This document shows, in pieces, positions 28,282-37,682 of a stretch of DNA of 64,000 nt (position 1 is its first letter; each line of letters opens with the position of its first letter). This DNA comes from a virus (lineage: Duplodnaviria; Caudoviricetes), in IMG/VR virus record IMGVR_UViG_2823592041_000002, positions 32,001-96,000 of that record; one strand, written 5' to 3'. A model generated the notes under the pieces. The model had not been told where the DNA came from. It saw nothing but the letters and a program-made list of their open reading frames with translations, and made no database searches. Position numbers and translations under genes: made by a program.

Positions 28282-28836
28282 ATGGCTTATTCAATACAGA
28301 ATATTAAATCGAATTTGACAGGTGGGGGAGCACGTTCCGCTCTCTTCAAAGTAACTTTTGACTATCCAGATGGCATTAGTGCTATATCTGGAGAGAAACT
28401 TCAGTTTTTGTGTAAAGCATCTCAAATTCCTGCTTCTACAATAAACAAACTTGAAGTTGATTATATGGGTAGAAAAGTTAAACTTGCTGGGGTTAGACCA
28501 GAATTTGCTGACTGGACTGTAACCATAATTAATGATGAAGATTTTGCTATCAGAAATGATTTGGAAAATTGGATGAATTATATGAACGGTCATGTCGATA
28601 ATGCTCAACGAGTTAATCCTCTTGATTACAAGACTACAGGAAAAGTAACTCAGTTATCCAAAGATGGTTCTAAATTGAGGGAATATAATTTCAAGGGAAT
28701 TTTCCCAACTGAAATTGCTGCGATTGACTTGTCTTGGGATAGTGAAGATCTTGAAGAATTTGAAGTGACTTTTTCTGTTGACTGGTGGGAAGTTGCTGGC
28801 CAGAATTACCCAAAAGGTAATAACGGAACTAGTTAA
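28282..28836 (+). CDS. gp19: Tail tube protein gp19
   Basis: GGARSALF, FLCKASQIP, GRKVKLAG, WTVTIINDEDF.IR and FPTEIAAIDLSWD. Confidence 0.95.
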   Translation: MAYSIQNIKSNLTGGGARSALFKVTFDYPDGISAISGEKLQFLCKASQIPASTINKLEVDYMGRKVKLAGVRPEFADWTVTIINDEDFAIRNDLENWMNYMNGHVDNAQRVNPLDYKTTGKVTQLSKDGSKLREYNFKGIFPTEIAAIDLSWDSEDLEEFEVTFSVDWWEVAGQNYPKGNNGTS

Positions 28837-28860
28837 TAACAGTTTATATAACTATAAAGA

Positions 28861-28897
28861 AGGGTTCTACTAAATAATAGTGGAACTCTTTTTTTTT
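28861..28897 (+). terminator. Rho-independent terminator with late promoter CTAAATA in its loop
   Basis: AGGGTTCTACTA-AATAA-TAGTGGAACTCT followed by a T run. Confidence 0.75.
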
Positions 28898-28912
28898 ATA
28901 TTATTGGAGAAT

Positions 28913-30655
28913 ATGATGCCAAAATTTCTAGGTTATGAATTTGATTTATTCGGTTTTTTAAAAACAGATGAGAAACCTGTACCACCTATATTAAATGAAC
29001 CAAATGACGATGGTTCAAAAATTGTTGAAGTATCACAAGATAAAGATGGGGCGGGTGTTTTCTTCACTTCTGGCACAACACTTAACTATGACAGTTCTTT
29101 TCAAGATGAAAAGGATTTGATAAAGAAATATAGAAATATGGCTTTTCAACCAGAAGTTGATGAAGCTATAAATGATATTGTTGTAGATTCTATTGTTGGG
29201 GATGAAAGGGAAGATACTGTAAAAGTAGACCTCCAAAGAACTGAATGGTCTAAAGGGATTCAGAAGAAGGTTGCTGAAGAGTTCTCAAATGTTCTCGATG
29301 TTCTAGAATTTAGAGGTAAAGGGTTTGAGATGTTCAAGTCTTGGTATATTGATGGTAGGATATTCTATCAAAAAGTCCCTCATAAAGATAGGAAAAAGGG
29401 TTTACATTCTGTCAAGAGGTTGGATTCTTTGAATATTAAGAAAGTAAAAGAAATTACAAAGAAGACGGATAAAGATACCGGTGTGCAGTATATTACTGAT
29501 GTTAAAGAGTATTATGTGTATAGTAAACAATCAAATTACCATCCAGGGTATACATCATCCAATTCAAATGCGACCACAAATATTAAAATCCCTACTGAGA
29601 ATATTGCTTATGCCCATTCTGGGTTGTTTGATAGTGAAAAGGAACAGGTTCTCTCACACCTTCACAAAGCAATGAAGACGTTGAATCAACTCTTAATGTT
29701 AGAGGATAGTGTTGTGATATATCGCATCTCTAGAGCTCCAGAAAGACGAGTATTCTATATTGATGTGGGTAATCTTCCAAGAACAAAAGCAGAACAGTAT
29801 CTTCAAGATATCATGAGAAGGTTTCGAAATAAGTTAGTTTATGATTCATCAACAGGTGAAGTGAAAGACGATAGAAAATTTACCACAATGACTGAAGATT
29901 ACTGGCTACCAAGAAGGGAAGGTAAAACAGGAACATCAATTGAAACTTTACCAGCTGGTTCAAATCTTGGTGAAATGGAAGACGTTGAATATTTCAAAAA
30001 GAAACTTTATAAGTCTTTGAATATCCCAACTTCTAGATTGGAACAGGAAACTGCCTTCAATATGGGGAGAAGTGGTGAGATAACCAGAGATGAAGTTAAG
30101 TTTGCTAAGTTTATTGATAGATTAAGAAGAAGATTTTCCGATGTTTTTTATGACCTTTTATCAACCCAACTTATCATGAAAGGTGTAATGAGTAAAGAGG
30201 ATTGGGAAGAGAATAAAGATAGAATTGAATTTGTATACTCTAATAATTCATATTTTTCAGAATTAAAGACGATGGAATTATTGAGGGAAAGGTTTTCTTT
30301 AGCAACTGATGCGGAATCATATATCGGTGAGTATTTATCTCGAAAATGGATGTATAATAACGTTTTTAAATTCAGTGATGCTGAAATTGCCGCTATGAAG
30401 AAAGAGATTGATATAGAACAAGGTGTTGGTGAAATCACACCGGATGATTTTGGAAATGCTGGTTCCGATTTGTCAAGTTCCGGTGGAGCTCCGTCCACCC
30501 CGCCACGAAAAGCTTTTGAACAACCTGAATCAAATGATAAAACAGTTTTAGGTGAAAGTGATTTGATTTCAAACTTCGAAAGTATAAATAGTTCGAATAC
30601 TAAGACAGTTTCTCAGTTGCTTGAGAGGATGTCTGAAGTTTTGGATGAAAAATAA
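28913..30655 (+). CDS. gp20: Portal vertex protein gp20
   Basis: YRNMA.QPEVDEAI, WYIDGR, IYRISRAPERRVFYIDVGNLP, EDYWLPRREG and ITRDEVKF. Confidence 0.96.
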   Translation: MMPKFLGYEFDLFGFLKTDEKPVPPILNEPNDDGSKIVEVSQDKDGAGVFFTSGTTLNYDSSFQDEKDLIKKYRNMAFQPEVDEAINDIVVDSIVGDEREDTVKVDLQRTEWSKGIQKKVAEEFSNVLDVLEFRGKGFEMFKSWYIDGRIFYQKVPHKDRKKGLHSVKRLDSLNIKKVKEITKKTDKDTGVQYITDVKEYYVYSKQSNYHPGYTSSNSNATTNIKIPTENIAYAHSGLFDSEKEQVLSHLHKAMKTLNQLLMLEDSVVIYRISRAPERRVFYIDVGNLPRTKAEQYLQDIMRRFRNKLVYDSSTGEVKDDRKFTTMTEDYWLPRREGKTGTSIETLPAGSNLGEMEDVEYFKKKLYKSLNIPTSRLEQETAFNMGRSGEITRDEVKFAKFIDRLRRRFSDVFYDLLSTQLIMKGVMSKEDWEENKDRIEFVYSNNSYFSELKTMELLRERFSLATDAESYIGEYLSRKWMYNNVFKFSDAEIAAMKKEIDIEQGVGEITPDDFGNAGSDLSSSGGAPSTPPRKAFEQPESNDKTVLGESDLISNFESINSSNTKTVSQLLERMSEVLDEK

Positions 30656-32013
30656 TGATTGATTTTAAACTTGACATAGATATTGAATCTAATTTATTAG
30701 AAGGTTTTGATAAATCTTTTGAAGATGTTTTTAATATTCAAAATTTTTCTGTTGAGTTGAACGAAAACCCTAAAAATGATATAGATGAAGTTTTTATGGA
30801 AAATTTTAATTTAAATAAAAACTTTTCTATCAATTTAAGTGAAAATGAAATAAAAGATATAGATTCCATTTTTAAAGAAGAGTTTGCGCCAAATCTTGGA
30901 ATGTCTTTTAATATAGATTTGAACCCTATAAAAAATTCAAATGATTCAGATTTTAGAAATCATTTTAAACTTCTTCAAAACTTTTCTATCAATTTAAGTG
31001 AAAATGAAATAAAAGATATAGATTCCATTTTTAAAGAAGAATTTTATCAACCAATTCCAGAACTTACGGTTTTGGAGAATGATATTATTTTACCTGAAAT
31101 CAAAAAACAAAATGATATTTTTGATATTTGTTTAGATTCAATGGGAAATGTTGATGATTTAATTTTTGAAGATTATTTTAAAGAAGATGTGAATTATGAT
31201 TATGGTATCATAAACAAGTTAAAGAAGGATTTGAATAGTAGGAAAATTTTAACTAGGGAAGAGAGGGAACAAATCCCTGAAAATGAGTCCATCATTTCTT
31301 CCATAGAGCTAGATAAAAAGGAAACGCTTTCCATAGAAGAAGATTTGAGAAAATCTGAAAGTGTGATAAAAGAAAACTCTTTTTATAAAATTGTTGAGAT
31401 TGATCAATCTGAATTAAAAAATACCCCAACCAAAGTTGAAACCAGTGTTGATACTTCTTACAGAGAAGAGGTTGACCAAAAAATAATAGACCTTGAAAGT
31501 AAGTATGAAGACCTTCTACAAAAAACAAAAGATGGGTATGAAGATAAACTTAGTAAAATAGTTGACGATTTCTCAAGTTTTAGAAATCATATTACACAAC
31601 AAGTCACTAGAATGTCTTTTATTGCTTCATCTTCTGCTGGGGGTGGAGCTGTTAATATTTTGGATATGGATGATGTTAATAAAACAAATCTTCAAAATGG
31701 TTACGTTCTATCATATAATAATTTTTCCAAGAAATTTGAATTTATAAATCCAGCAAATATAGGTTCTTCTGCATCTTTTGATAGTATGCAAGCAGACGTT
31801 TTCACAATAACTCAAAATGATTTAGATAACTCTTATATAGATTTGTCTGCACCAGCTGACAGTAATTATTATGAATTGTCTGAATTTCATATTAATGGTA
31901 TTGTCAATGTCCATCAAACAAATTATACTTTTTTATCATCAAATAGAGTGGATATTTCAAATCTAATCTTAGATGTCGGTGATATTATCAGAATAGTTTA
32001 TATAAAAACTTAG
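30655..32013 (+). CDS. Hypothetical virion protein: N-terminal acidic repeats, coiled coil, GGGAVNILDMDDV motif, C-terminal beta domain
   Basis: Repeated NFS(I/V)NL.EN...DID..F.E.F; C-terminal domain resembles those of the next two genes; coupled to gp20 (TAATG). Confidence 0.6.
   Translation: MIDFKLDIDIESNLLEGFDKSFEDVFNIQNFSVELNENPKNDIDEVFMENFNLNKNFSINLSENEIKDIDSIFKEEFAPNLGMSFNIDLNPIKNSNDSDFRNHFKLLQNFSINLSENEIKDIDSIFKEEFYQPIPELTVLENDIILPEIKKQNDIFDICLDSMGNVDDLIFEDYFKEDVNYDYGIINKLKKDLNSRKILTREEREQIPENESIISSIELDKKETLSIEEDLRKSESVIKENSFYKIVEIDQSELKNTPTKVETSVDTSYREEVDQKIIDLESKYEDLLQKTKDGYEDKLSKIVDDFSSFRNHITQQVTRMSFIASSSAGGGAVNILDMDDVNKTNLQNGYVLSYNNFSKKFEFINPANIGSSASFDSMQADVFTITQNDLDNSYIDLSAPADSNYYELSEFHINGIVNVHQTNYTFLSSNRVDISNLILDVGDIIRIVYIKT
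30818..31040 (+). repeat. Exact 64-bp direct repeat (30818-30881 and 30977-31040)
   Basis: AAAACTTTTCTATCAATTTAAGTGAAAATGAAATAAAAGATATAGATTCCATTTTTAAAGAAGA twice, 159 bp apart and in frame. Confidence 0.9.
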
Positions 32014-32114
32014 TTTTTTTTAGTTTTACACTCCAAAAGTATTATATATAATTCAAGGTGAAACTTGAAAATATATTAAATTATGTTATATGATTTACTT
32101 TTCAAGGAGTAAAA

Positions 32115-34532
32115 ATGACATTAAAACTTCGAGCTTCTGGACAGGTTAAAAACCAGTCCGTACAGCTTTCGAATCTTGTAAATGTTTCTTCAGGTTCAAT
32201 TCTGGGTAGATCAGAAGATGAATCCGGTGAAGGTGTTATGTCAGCACTTTCAGGTTCCGATGTAAGAAAAATTGCAGAATTACACAATGATGATAATGTT
32301 CAATTTGCTTCAGCATCCTTAACAGGAGCTTTAACAGCATCTTCAAAAACACTTACAGGTGATTTAGCTGCTGCTGATGCTAACCTTTCTGGTGACTTAA
32401 ATGCCACTGGAGATGTTGGCGGTGCAACCGCTACTATCTCAGGGAATTCCACCATTGGTGGAACTCTAGGTGTCACTAGTTCTTTAAGTGCTCAGTCTGC
32501 TTCCATAACCGCAGCTATGTCCTCTGCTACCATCTCAACTAGTTCTGATGCATCTATTGGTGGAGATTTGACAGTTTCAGGAAACTTAACCATTAGTGGT
32601 GACAGTGTCCAAGTAAATGTTGCAACTCTACAAATAGAAGATTCAATGCTAAAGATTGGGAAAGGGAACACTTCAGATACTATAGACTTAGGTTTCTATG
32701 GTCTTTATAATGACGGTTCTGACAAGTATGCTGGTCTTTTTAGAGATCAGAGTGACTCTGGTAAGTTTAAGTTGTTTGATGGTATCACTAGTGAACCATC
32801 TACAACAGTTGCGGATGTTTCCGGAAACAAAGCTACCTTATCTGCTACTATTGAAGGTAATATCACTTTTGATAATGCTAGAACTTTTTCTTTGAGTGGA
32901 GATTTATCAGGTTCTCAGACTTTTGATGGTTCTGGAAACTGTGAAATTGATGCCACTATTGCTGATGATTCTATTGAATTTTCAATGCTTGGATGTGAAA
33001 TCGATGAAGATGACATGGCTTCCAATTCTGCATCACATGTACCTACTCAGCAGTCTGTTAAAACATATTCTGATTCTGAAATTTCATCTTTTGGTCAAGA
33101 TGATTTAGAGGCAAAAGATATGTTGATGGTTGACTCTACAGGTTCTTATGTTAAGGTGAAGGAAGTTAAAACTTATTCTTTAGTAAGTTCTGACGATGAG
33201 AGCAATGATTATGTGACAGTTTCAACAGAGATTGAATCTGAGTTTAAAGAATTATCTCAAGTTTATTTGAATGGTCAAAAATTGAGATATTCATCTGATA
33301 CTGGAACTTCCAATGATTATTGGATTACTGCTACCGATTCTGGTGCTACTAGATATGAAACTGCCTTAACCGCTTCCGATGCAGCTTCAAAAGATTTTTT
33401 TGGATCTGGTGTTGGACTATCTTCTGATGGTCTAGTTTTAGCAGTGGGTGCATCTAGATGGGAAGGTGCATCACCAAATAATCAGCAGGATCAAGGTGGT
33501 GTTTATATTTATGATTGGAATTCTGATAATGAAGAATGGGATCAAAGAGGTTCTGTTATAACTGCGCCAGATGCTGGGAATAACGATAGATTTGGTGCAT
33601 CTACTTCACTGAACTCTGATGGAACTATTATGGCAACAGGTGCTATGTTCTGGGACGATGATGAAACCAACCAAGGCGCTGCATATGTTTTCGAATATAG
33701 TGGAGGTTCATGGTCTCAGAAAGGTTCAACATTATCTCACGACAACCCTACAGCATCTGATTTATTCACTCATGTTTCTATAAGTGGAAATGGTTTAGTT
33801 CTATCTGTAGGCATTTACGCATACGATGGTTCAACGGGTACAGATCAAGGTGCAGTTTATGTTTATGACTGGAATGCTTCAAGTAATGACTGGGATGAAA
33901 GGGGTAATATATTGCTTCCGTCCGATCCTGCAGCTACAGATTACTTCGGTAGAGATACATCTTTATCGAATGACGGTTCCGTTTTGATTGTTGGCTCTGC
34001 TGCATGGGAAGGTGACACTACAAATCAAGGTGCTGTTTATGTTTATGATTGGACAGATACCGATAGTGATGGCACTGCTGATGCTTGGGTTCAGAGGGGT
34101 AATGTCCTAGAAACTGCTGGAAGTGAAGCAGTTAACGATTATTTTGGATTTTCTTGTCAACTTAATAGTGATGCAACTATTATGGCAGTTTCAAAATATC
34201 AACTTGTAAATGGTGGTGGAGATGAAGGTGAAGTTGAATTATATGATTGGAATTCTTCTACAAATTCTTGGGACTTGAGACTTACTATCTCAAATCCATA
34301 TCCAGCTACTTCTGGAACTAAAAACCAATATGGTTTTGGATATAAAGTTTCTATTGATGGTGATGGGGATGTTCTTGTTATTTCTGAAAGAGGTTCTGGA
34401 TATAATAACTTTGCTGGTAGAGTCCAAACATATTCAATATCAACAGAGGCTACAACAGATAAAATAAATTTTAATAATGGTGTAATATCTGAAAATGATA
34501 AATTGGAAATTAGCTATATTATAAAATCATAA
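32115..34532 (+). CDS. Fibre/decoration protein A with an inserted FG-GAP-like beta-propeller
   Basis: Ala/Ser/Gly-rich shaft, DLGFYG, PTQQSVK motif, and six (D.FG....S.DG..L.VG...GAVYVY) repeats. Confidence 0.7.
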   Translation: MTLKLRASGQVKNQSVQLSNLVNVSSGSILGRSEDESGEGVMSALSGSDVRKIAELHNDDNVQFASASLTGALTASSKTLTGDLAAADANLSGDLNATGDVGGATATISGNSTIGGTLGVTSSLSAQSASITAAMSSATISTSSDASIGGDLTVSGNLTISGDSVQVNVATLQIEDSMLKIGKGNTSDTIDLGFYGLYNDGSDKYAGLFRDQSDSGKFKLFDGITSEPSTTVADVSGNKATLSATIEGNITFDNARTFSLSGDLSGSQTFDGSGNCEIDATIADDSIEFSMLGCEIDEDDMASNSASHVPTQQSVKTYSDSEISSFGQDDLEAKDMLMVDSTGSYVKVKEVKTYSLVSSDDESNDYVTVSTEIESEFKELSQVYLNGQKLRYSSDTGTSNDYWITATDSGATRYETALTASDAASKDFFGSGVGLSSDGLVLAVGASRWEGASPNNQQDQGGVYIYDWNSDNEEWDQRGSVITAPDAGNNDRFGASTSLNSDGTIMATGAMFWDDDETNQGAAYVFEYSGGSWSQKGSTLSHDNPTASDLFTHVSISGNGLVLSVGIYAYDGSTGTDQGAVYVYDWNASSNDWDERGNILLPSDPAATDYFGRDTSLSNDGSVLIVGSAAWEGDTTNQGAVYVYDWTDTDSDGTADAWVQRGNVLETAGSEAVNDYFGFSCQLNSDATIMAVSKYQLVNGGGDEGEVELYDWNSSTNSWDLRLTISNPYPATSGTKNQYGFGYKVSIDGDGDVLVISERGSGYNNFAGRVQTYSISTEATTDKINFNNGVISENDKLEISYIIKS

Positions 34533-34654
34533 TAAATAATGTGTTATATTATAAAAAATTTAGTTTTATAGTATGGTGAGTTTATATATAATTATGTGAA
34601 GTGAGAAATATATAATTAAATCATAATTTACATTTTTTTTAAAAGGAGAAAAAA

Positions 34655-36133
34655 ATGGCTTTACAAATTAAGGGTTCTTCCCAGATACAAAATGAATCTA
34701 TAAGTTTGAATAAAATTGCCAACGTCGCTGCTGGTAAAATTCTAGGTAGATCAGAAGACGAATCTGGCGAAGGTGTAATGTCTGCACTTTCTGGTGCTGA
34801 TATTAGAAAAATTGCTGAATTGCATTCTGACGATGCTGTTTCATTTGCTTCCGCATCTCTTTCTGGTGCTTTGTCTGCTGCTTCTGCAACTTTATCAGGT
34901 GATTTAGCTGCTGCTGATGCTAACCTTTCTGGTGACTTAAACGCTACTGGAGATGTTGGTGGTGCTACTGCTACTATCACTGGAAATGCTACTGTTGGTG
35001 GCACTCTAGGTGTTACTAGTTCTTTAAGTGCAGCTTCTGCTGCTATAACTAACGCAGTTACTGCTGCTTCCGCTACTTTGAGTGGAAACTTAGCTGCTGC
35101 TGATGCTAACCTTTCTGGTGACTTAAATGCTACTGGTGACGTTGGTGGCGCTACTGCTACTATCACTGGAAATGCTACCGTTGGTGGTACTTTGGGAGTT
35201 ACTAGTTCTTTAAGTGCTCAGTCTGCTTCCATAACTGCAGCTATGTCTTCCGCTACCATCTCAACTAGTTCTGATGCATCTATTGGTGGAGACTTAACTG
35301 TTTCTGGAGACCTAGTGGTTAACGGTGACAGTGTTCAAGTTAACGTTTCAACTCTACAGGTTGAAGATCCAATGATTAAATTGGGTCAATCAAACAGTGC
35401 TGACAGTTTAGACTTAGGTTTCTACGGTCTTTACAATGACGGTTCTGACAAGTATGCTGGTCTTTTTAGAGATCAGAGTGACTCTGGTAAGTTTAAGTTG
35501 TTCGACGGTATTACTTCCGAACCTACTGCTACTGTTGCAGACGTATCCTCCAACAAGGCAACTTTGGTTGCTACTATCGAAGGTAACATTACTTTTGATA
35601 ACGCTAGAACTTTTTCTTTAAGTGGAGACCTATCAGGTTCTCAGACTTTCGACGGTTCTGGAAACTGTGATATTGAAGCTACCATCGCTGCTAATTCAGT
35701 TGAATTCTCAATGCTTGGATGTGAAATCGATGAAGACGACATGTCTTCCAATTCTGCATCACATATTCCTACTCAGCAATCTGTTAAGGCTTATGTTGAC
35801 GATCAAGTTGCTTCCGCTGGACAGTCTGACTTAGAAGCGAAAGACATGTTGATGGTTGATTCCACAGGTGCTTATGTTAAGGTTAAGGAAATCATCGAAT
35901 ATATCGAGATTTCTTCTGCTAATGAAGCTGAAGTTTCTATCGAAGTTGAAGCTGAATTCGACGAATTATCTATGGTTTTCTTGAATGGTCAGAAATTAAG
36001 ATTTTCTGATGATGCTGGAACTTCCAACGATTACTACTTCGAGAATGATGGATCTGGAGATTTCAAGAAATTGTCCTGTGACATGTTCGAAGTTGGTGAC
36101 GAGATTGAAGTAAGATACTTCATCAAGTCCTAA
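34655..36133 (+). CDS. Fibre/decoration protein B, paralog of A lacking the propeller
   Basis: Long near-identical DNA blocks shared with 32115-33320; internal 186-bp (62-aa) duplication; strong AAAAGGAGAAAA RBS. Confidence 0.7.
   Translation: MALQIKGSSQIQNESISLNKIANVAAGKILGRSEDESGEGVMSALSGADIRKIAELHSDDAVSFASASLSGALSAASATLSGDLAAADANLSGDLNATGDVGGATATITGNATVGGTLGVTSSLSAASAAITNAVTAASATLSGNLAAADANLSGDLNATGDVGGATATITGNATVGGTLGVTSSLSAQSASITAAMSSATISTSSDASIGGDLTVSGDLVVNGDSVQVNVSTLQVEDPMIKLGQSNSADSLDLGFYGLYNDGSDKYAGLFRDQSDSGKFKLFDGITSEPTATVADVSSNKATLVATIEGNITFDNARTFSLSGDLSGSQTFDGSGNCDIEATIAANSVEFSMLGCEIDEDDMSSNSASHIPTQQSVKAYVDDQVASAGQSDLEAKDMLMVDSTGAYVKVKEIIEYIEISSANEAEVSIEVEAEFDELSMVFLNGQKLRFSDDAGTSNDYYFENDGSGDFKKLSCDMFEVGDEIEVRYFIKS
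34904..35275 (+). repeat. Tandem ~186-bp in-frame duplication in fibre B (single copy in fibre A near 32364)
   Basis: TTAGCTGCTGCTGATGCTAACCTTTCTGGTGACTTAAA starts at 34904, 35090 and 32364. Confidence 0.8.
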
Positions 36134-36157
36134 TTTTATTTTTTAAGATATTAGTAT

Positions 36158-36197
36158 TATAAATATCTGGGAGTGGGGTTTTCTCACTCCCTTTTTT
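36158..36197 (+). terminator. Terminator hairpin immediately preceded by late promoter TATAAATA
   Basis: TATAAATA at 36158-36165; GGGAGTGGG-GTTTT-CTCACTCCC-TTTTTT. Confidence 0.75.
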
Positions 36198-36227
36198 AGT
36201 TTAATATATACAATAGGAGTATTTAAA

Positions 36228-36497
36228 ATGAAAGAACCACTTTTCTTAGTTGAAATGTCTCAATCTCAGATTGAAGGTATTATTTCCGCACTTGATAGTG
36301 TAGTTAAAACAAATGGACTTGGAGTAGCAGAAAAATGCGCTCAGATATATAACACATTACTTGCAGCACAACCAAAAGTTGAACCAGTTATTGAACCAGA
36401 AGTTGAAGAGGTTTCCTTAGAAGAAGTTGAGGATGAATTGGAACAAATTATGGAAGTTCCTAAAAAAAGAAAAAGATCTACTAGAAAGAAAAAGTAA
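36228..36497 (+). CDS. Small hypothetical protein (possible fibre-assembly helper)
   Basis: AGGAG RBS; helical ALDSVVKTNGL..AE motif; acidic then basic tail; lies among fibre genes. Confidence 0.55.
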   Translation: MKEPLFLVEMSQSQIEGIISALDSVVKTNGLGVAEKCAQIYNTLLAAQPKVEPVIEPEVEEVSLEEVEDELEQIMEVPKKRKRSTRKKK

Positions 36498-36536
36498 GTA
36501 TATAAATACTTTTGATAATAACTGGGAGTTTCCAAA

Positions 36537-37667
36537 ATGGCTATACCTGAGACATTACCACAACCACAAATAGTTAATGAGTTGAATACTATTGAACAAT
36601 GGCGTCAAAAAACAAACTCCATTATGAATAGGTTGAATTCATTATATACAGAATCTAATAACTTATTGGTTGGTGGTTCAATATATGTTGATAATCTTAA
36701 AACACCAACAGTTACTGGTGATGAAATCTTAATTTGTGACCACCAAACAGGTAAAATAGAAAATTCTGGATTAACTGTTTCTGATATATCTGGTTTACAA
36801 AATGGTAATTTTAATGATATAGGTATAGATGCAGTATCATTAACCTTATCGGGTAATGGGGTTGGTGAAAATCAAAACGTCTTAAATGTTAATGGTGATG
36901 TTGATTTGACAGGGGATGTTAGTATTGGTGGTAGTCTAGATGTTGGTGATAATATAACCTGTACCGGTGATGGTGTTAATTCTGGAATAATCACAGCAAC
37001 AAAATTTGTTGGTGATGGGACTAGTTTAACTTTACCTCCACAAACTTTTATATGGTCATCGGAATCAAATAATACTGATATCTATTATGATCAAGGTAGT
37101 GTAAGAATTGGTAATGGTTCATTAGACCCAGAATTGATTTTACAAGGTATAAATGGAACTACTAGGATACAGAACAGTGGAAACTTTTTAGAACTAGTTT
37201 CTGGTAATAAAACATTCATGAGAAATTCTTTAACAGATGGTGATGTTTATATTGGTAACAGTTCCATTATAGTTGATGTATCTGAACAAAAAGTTGGAAT
37301 TGGAACTGGAAGTTTACCGACAGAAACATTAGAAGTTGGTGGAGATTCTTTATTCTCAGGTGATATTACAGTGACTGGTGATGTTGTATCCACATCCGAT
37401 ATTACACTCAAAGAAAATATTGAAGTTATACTAAATCCAATAGAGAAAGTGAAAGAGTTGAGTGGATATACTTTTAACAGAATTGGCCAAGATAAAAGAA
37501 CTATTGGTTTAATGGCACAGGATGTTGAAAAAGTTCTACCAGAAGCGGTATCATCAAACAATGGAATTAAAAGTCTTGCTTATGGAAACTTAGTTGCTCT
37601 GCTAGTTGAAACTGTGAAAGAACAACAAAAGCAAATAGATGAACTCAGAGAAAAGATTGATAAATAA
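36537..37667 (+). CDS. Short fibre protein with C-terminal intramolecular chaperone (peptidase S74-like)
   Basis: N-terminal NTIEQWRQKTN, VGIGT repeat, SDITLKENI...IGLMAQDVEKVLPEAV...LAYGNLVALLVE; TATAAATA at 36501-36508. Confidence 0.85.
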   Translation: MAIPETLPQPQIVNELNTIEQWRQKTNSIMNRLNSLYTESNNLLVGGSIYVDNLKTPTVTGDEILICDHQTGKIENSGLTVSDISGLQNGNFNDIGIDAVSLTLSGNGVGENQNVLNVNGDVDLTGDVSIGGSLDVGDNITCTGDGVNSGIITATKFVGDGTSLTLPPQTFIWSSESNNTDIYYDQGSVRIGNGSLDPELILQGINGTTRIQNSGNFLELVSGNKTFMRNSLTDGDVYIGNSSIIVDVSEQKVGIGTGSLPTETLEVGGDSLFSGDITVTGDVVSTSDITLKENIEVILNPIEKVKELSGYTFNRIGQDKRTIGLMAQDVEKVLPEAVSSNNGIKSLAYGNLVALLVETVKEQQKQIDELREKIDK

Positions 37668-37682
37668 TAAAAAGGGTTTGTG

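Noticed and set aside
32115-36133. Diversity-generating retroelement (TR/VR pair) suggested by near-identical repeats
   Set aside because: Both copies are inside intact ORFs, the differences I inspected are mostly synonymous and not adenine-specific, and no reverse transcriptase is in the window
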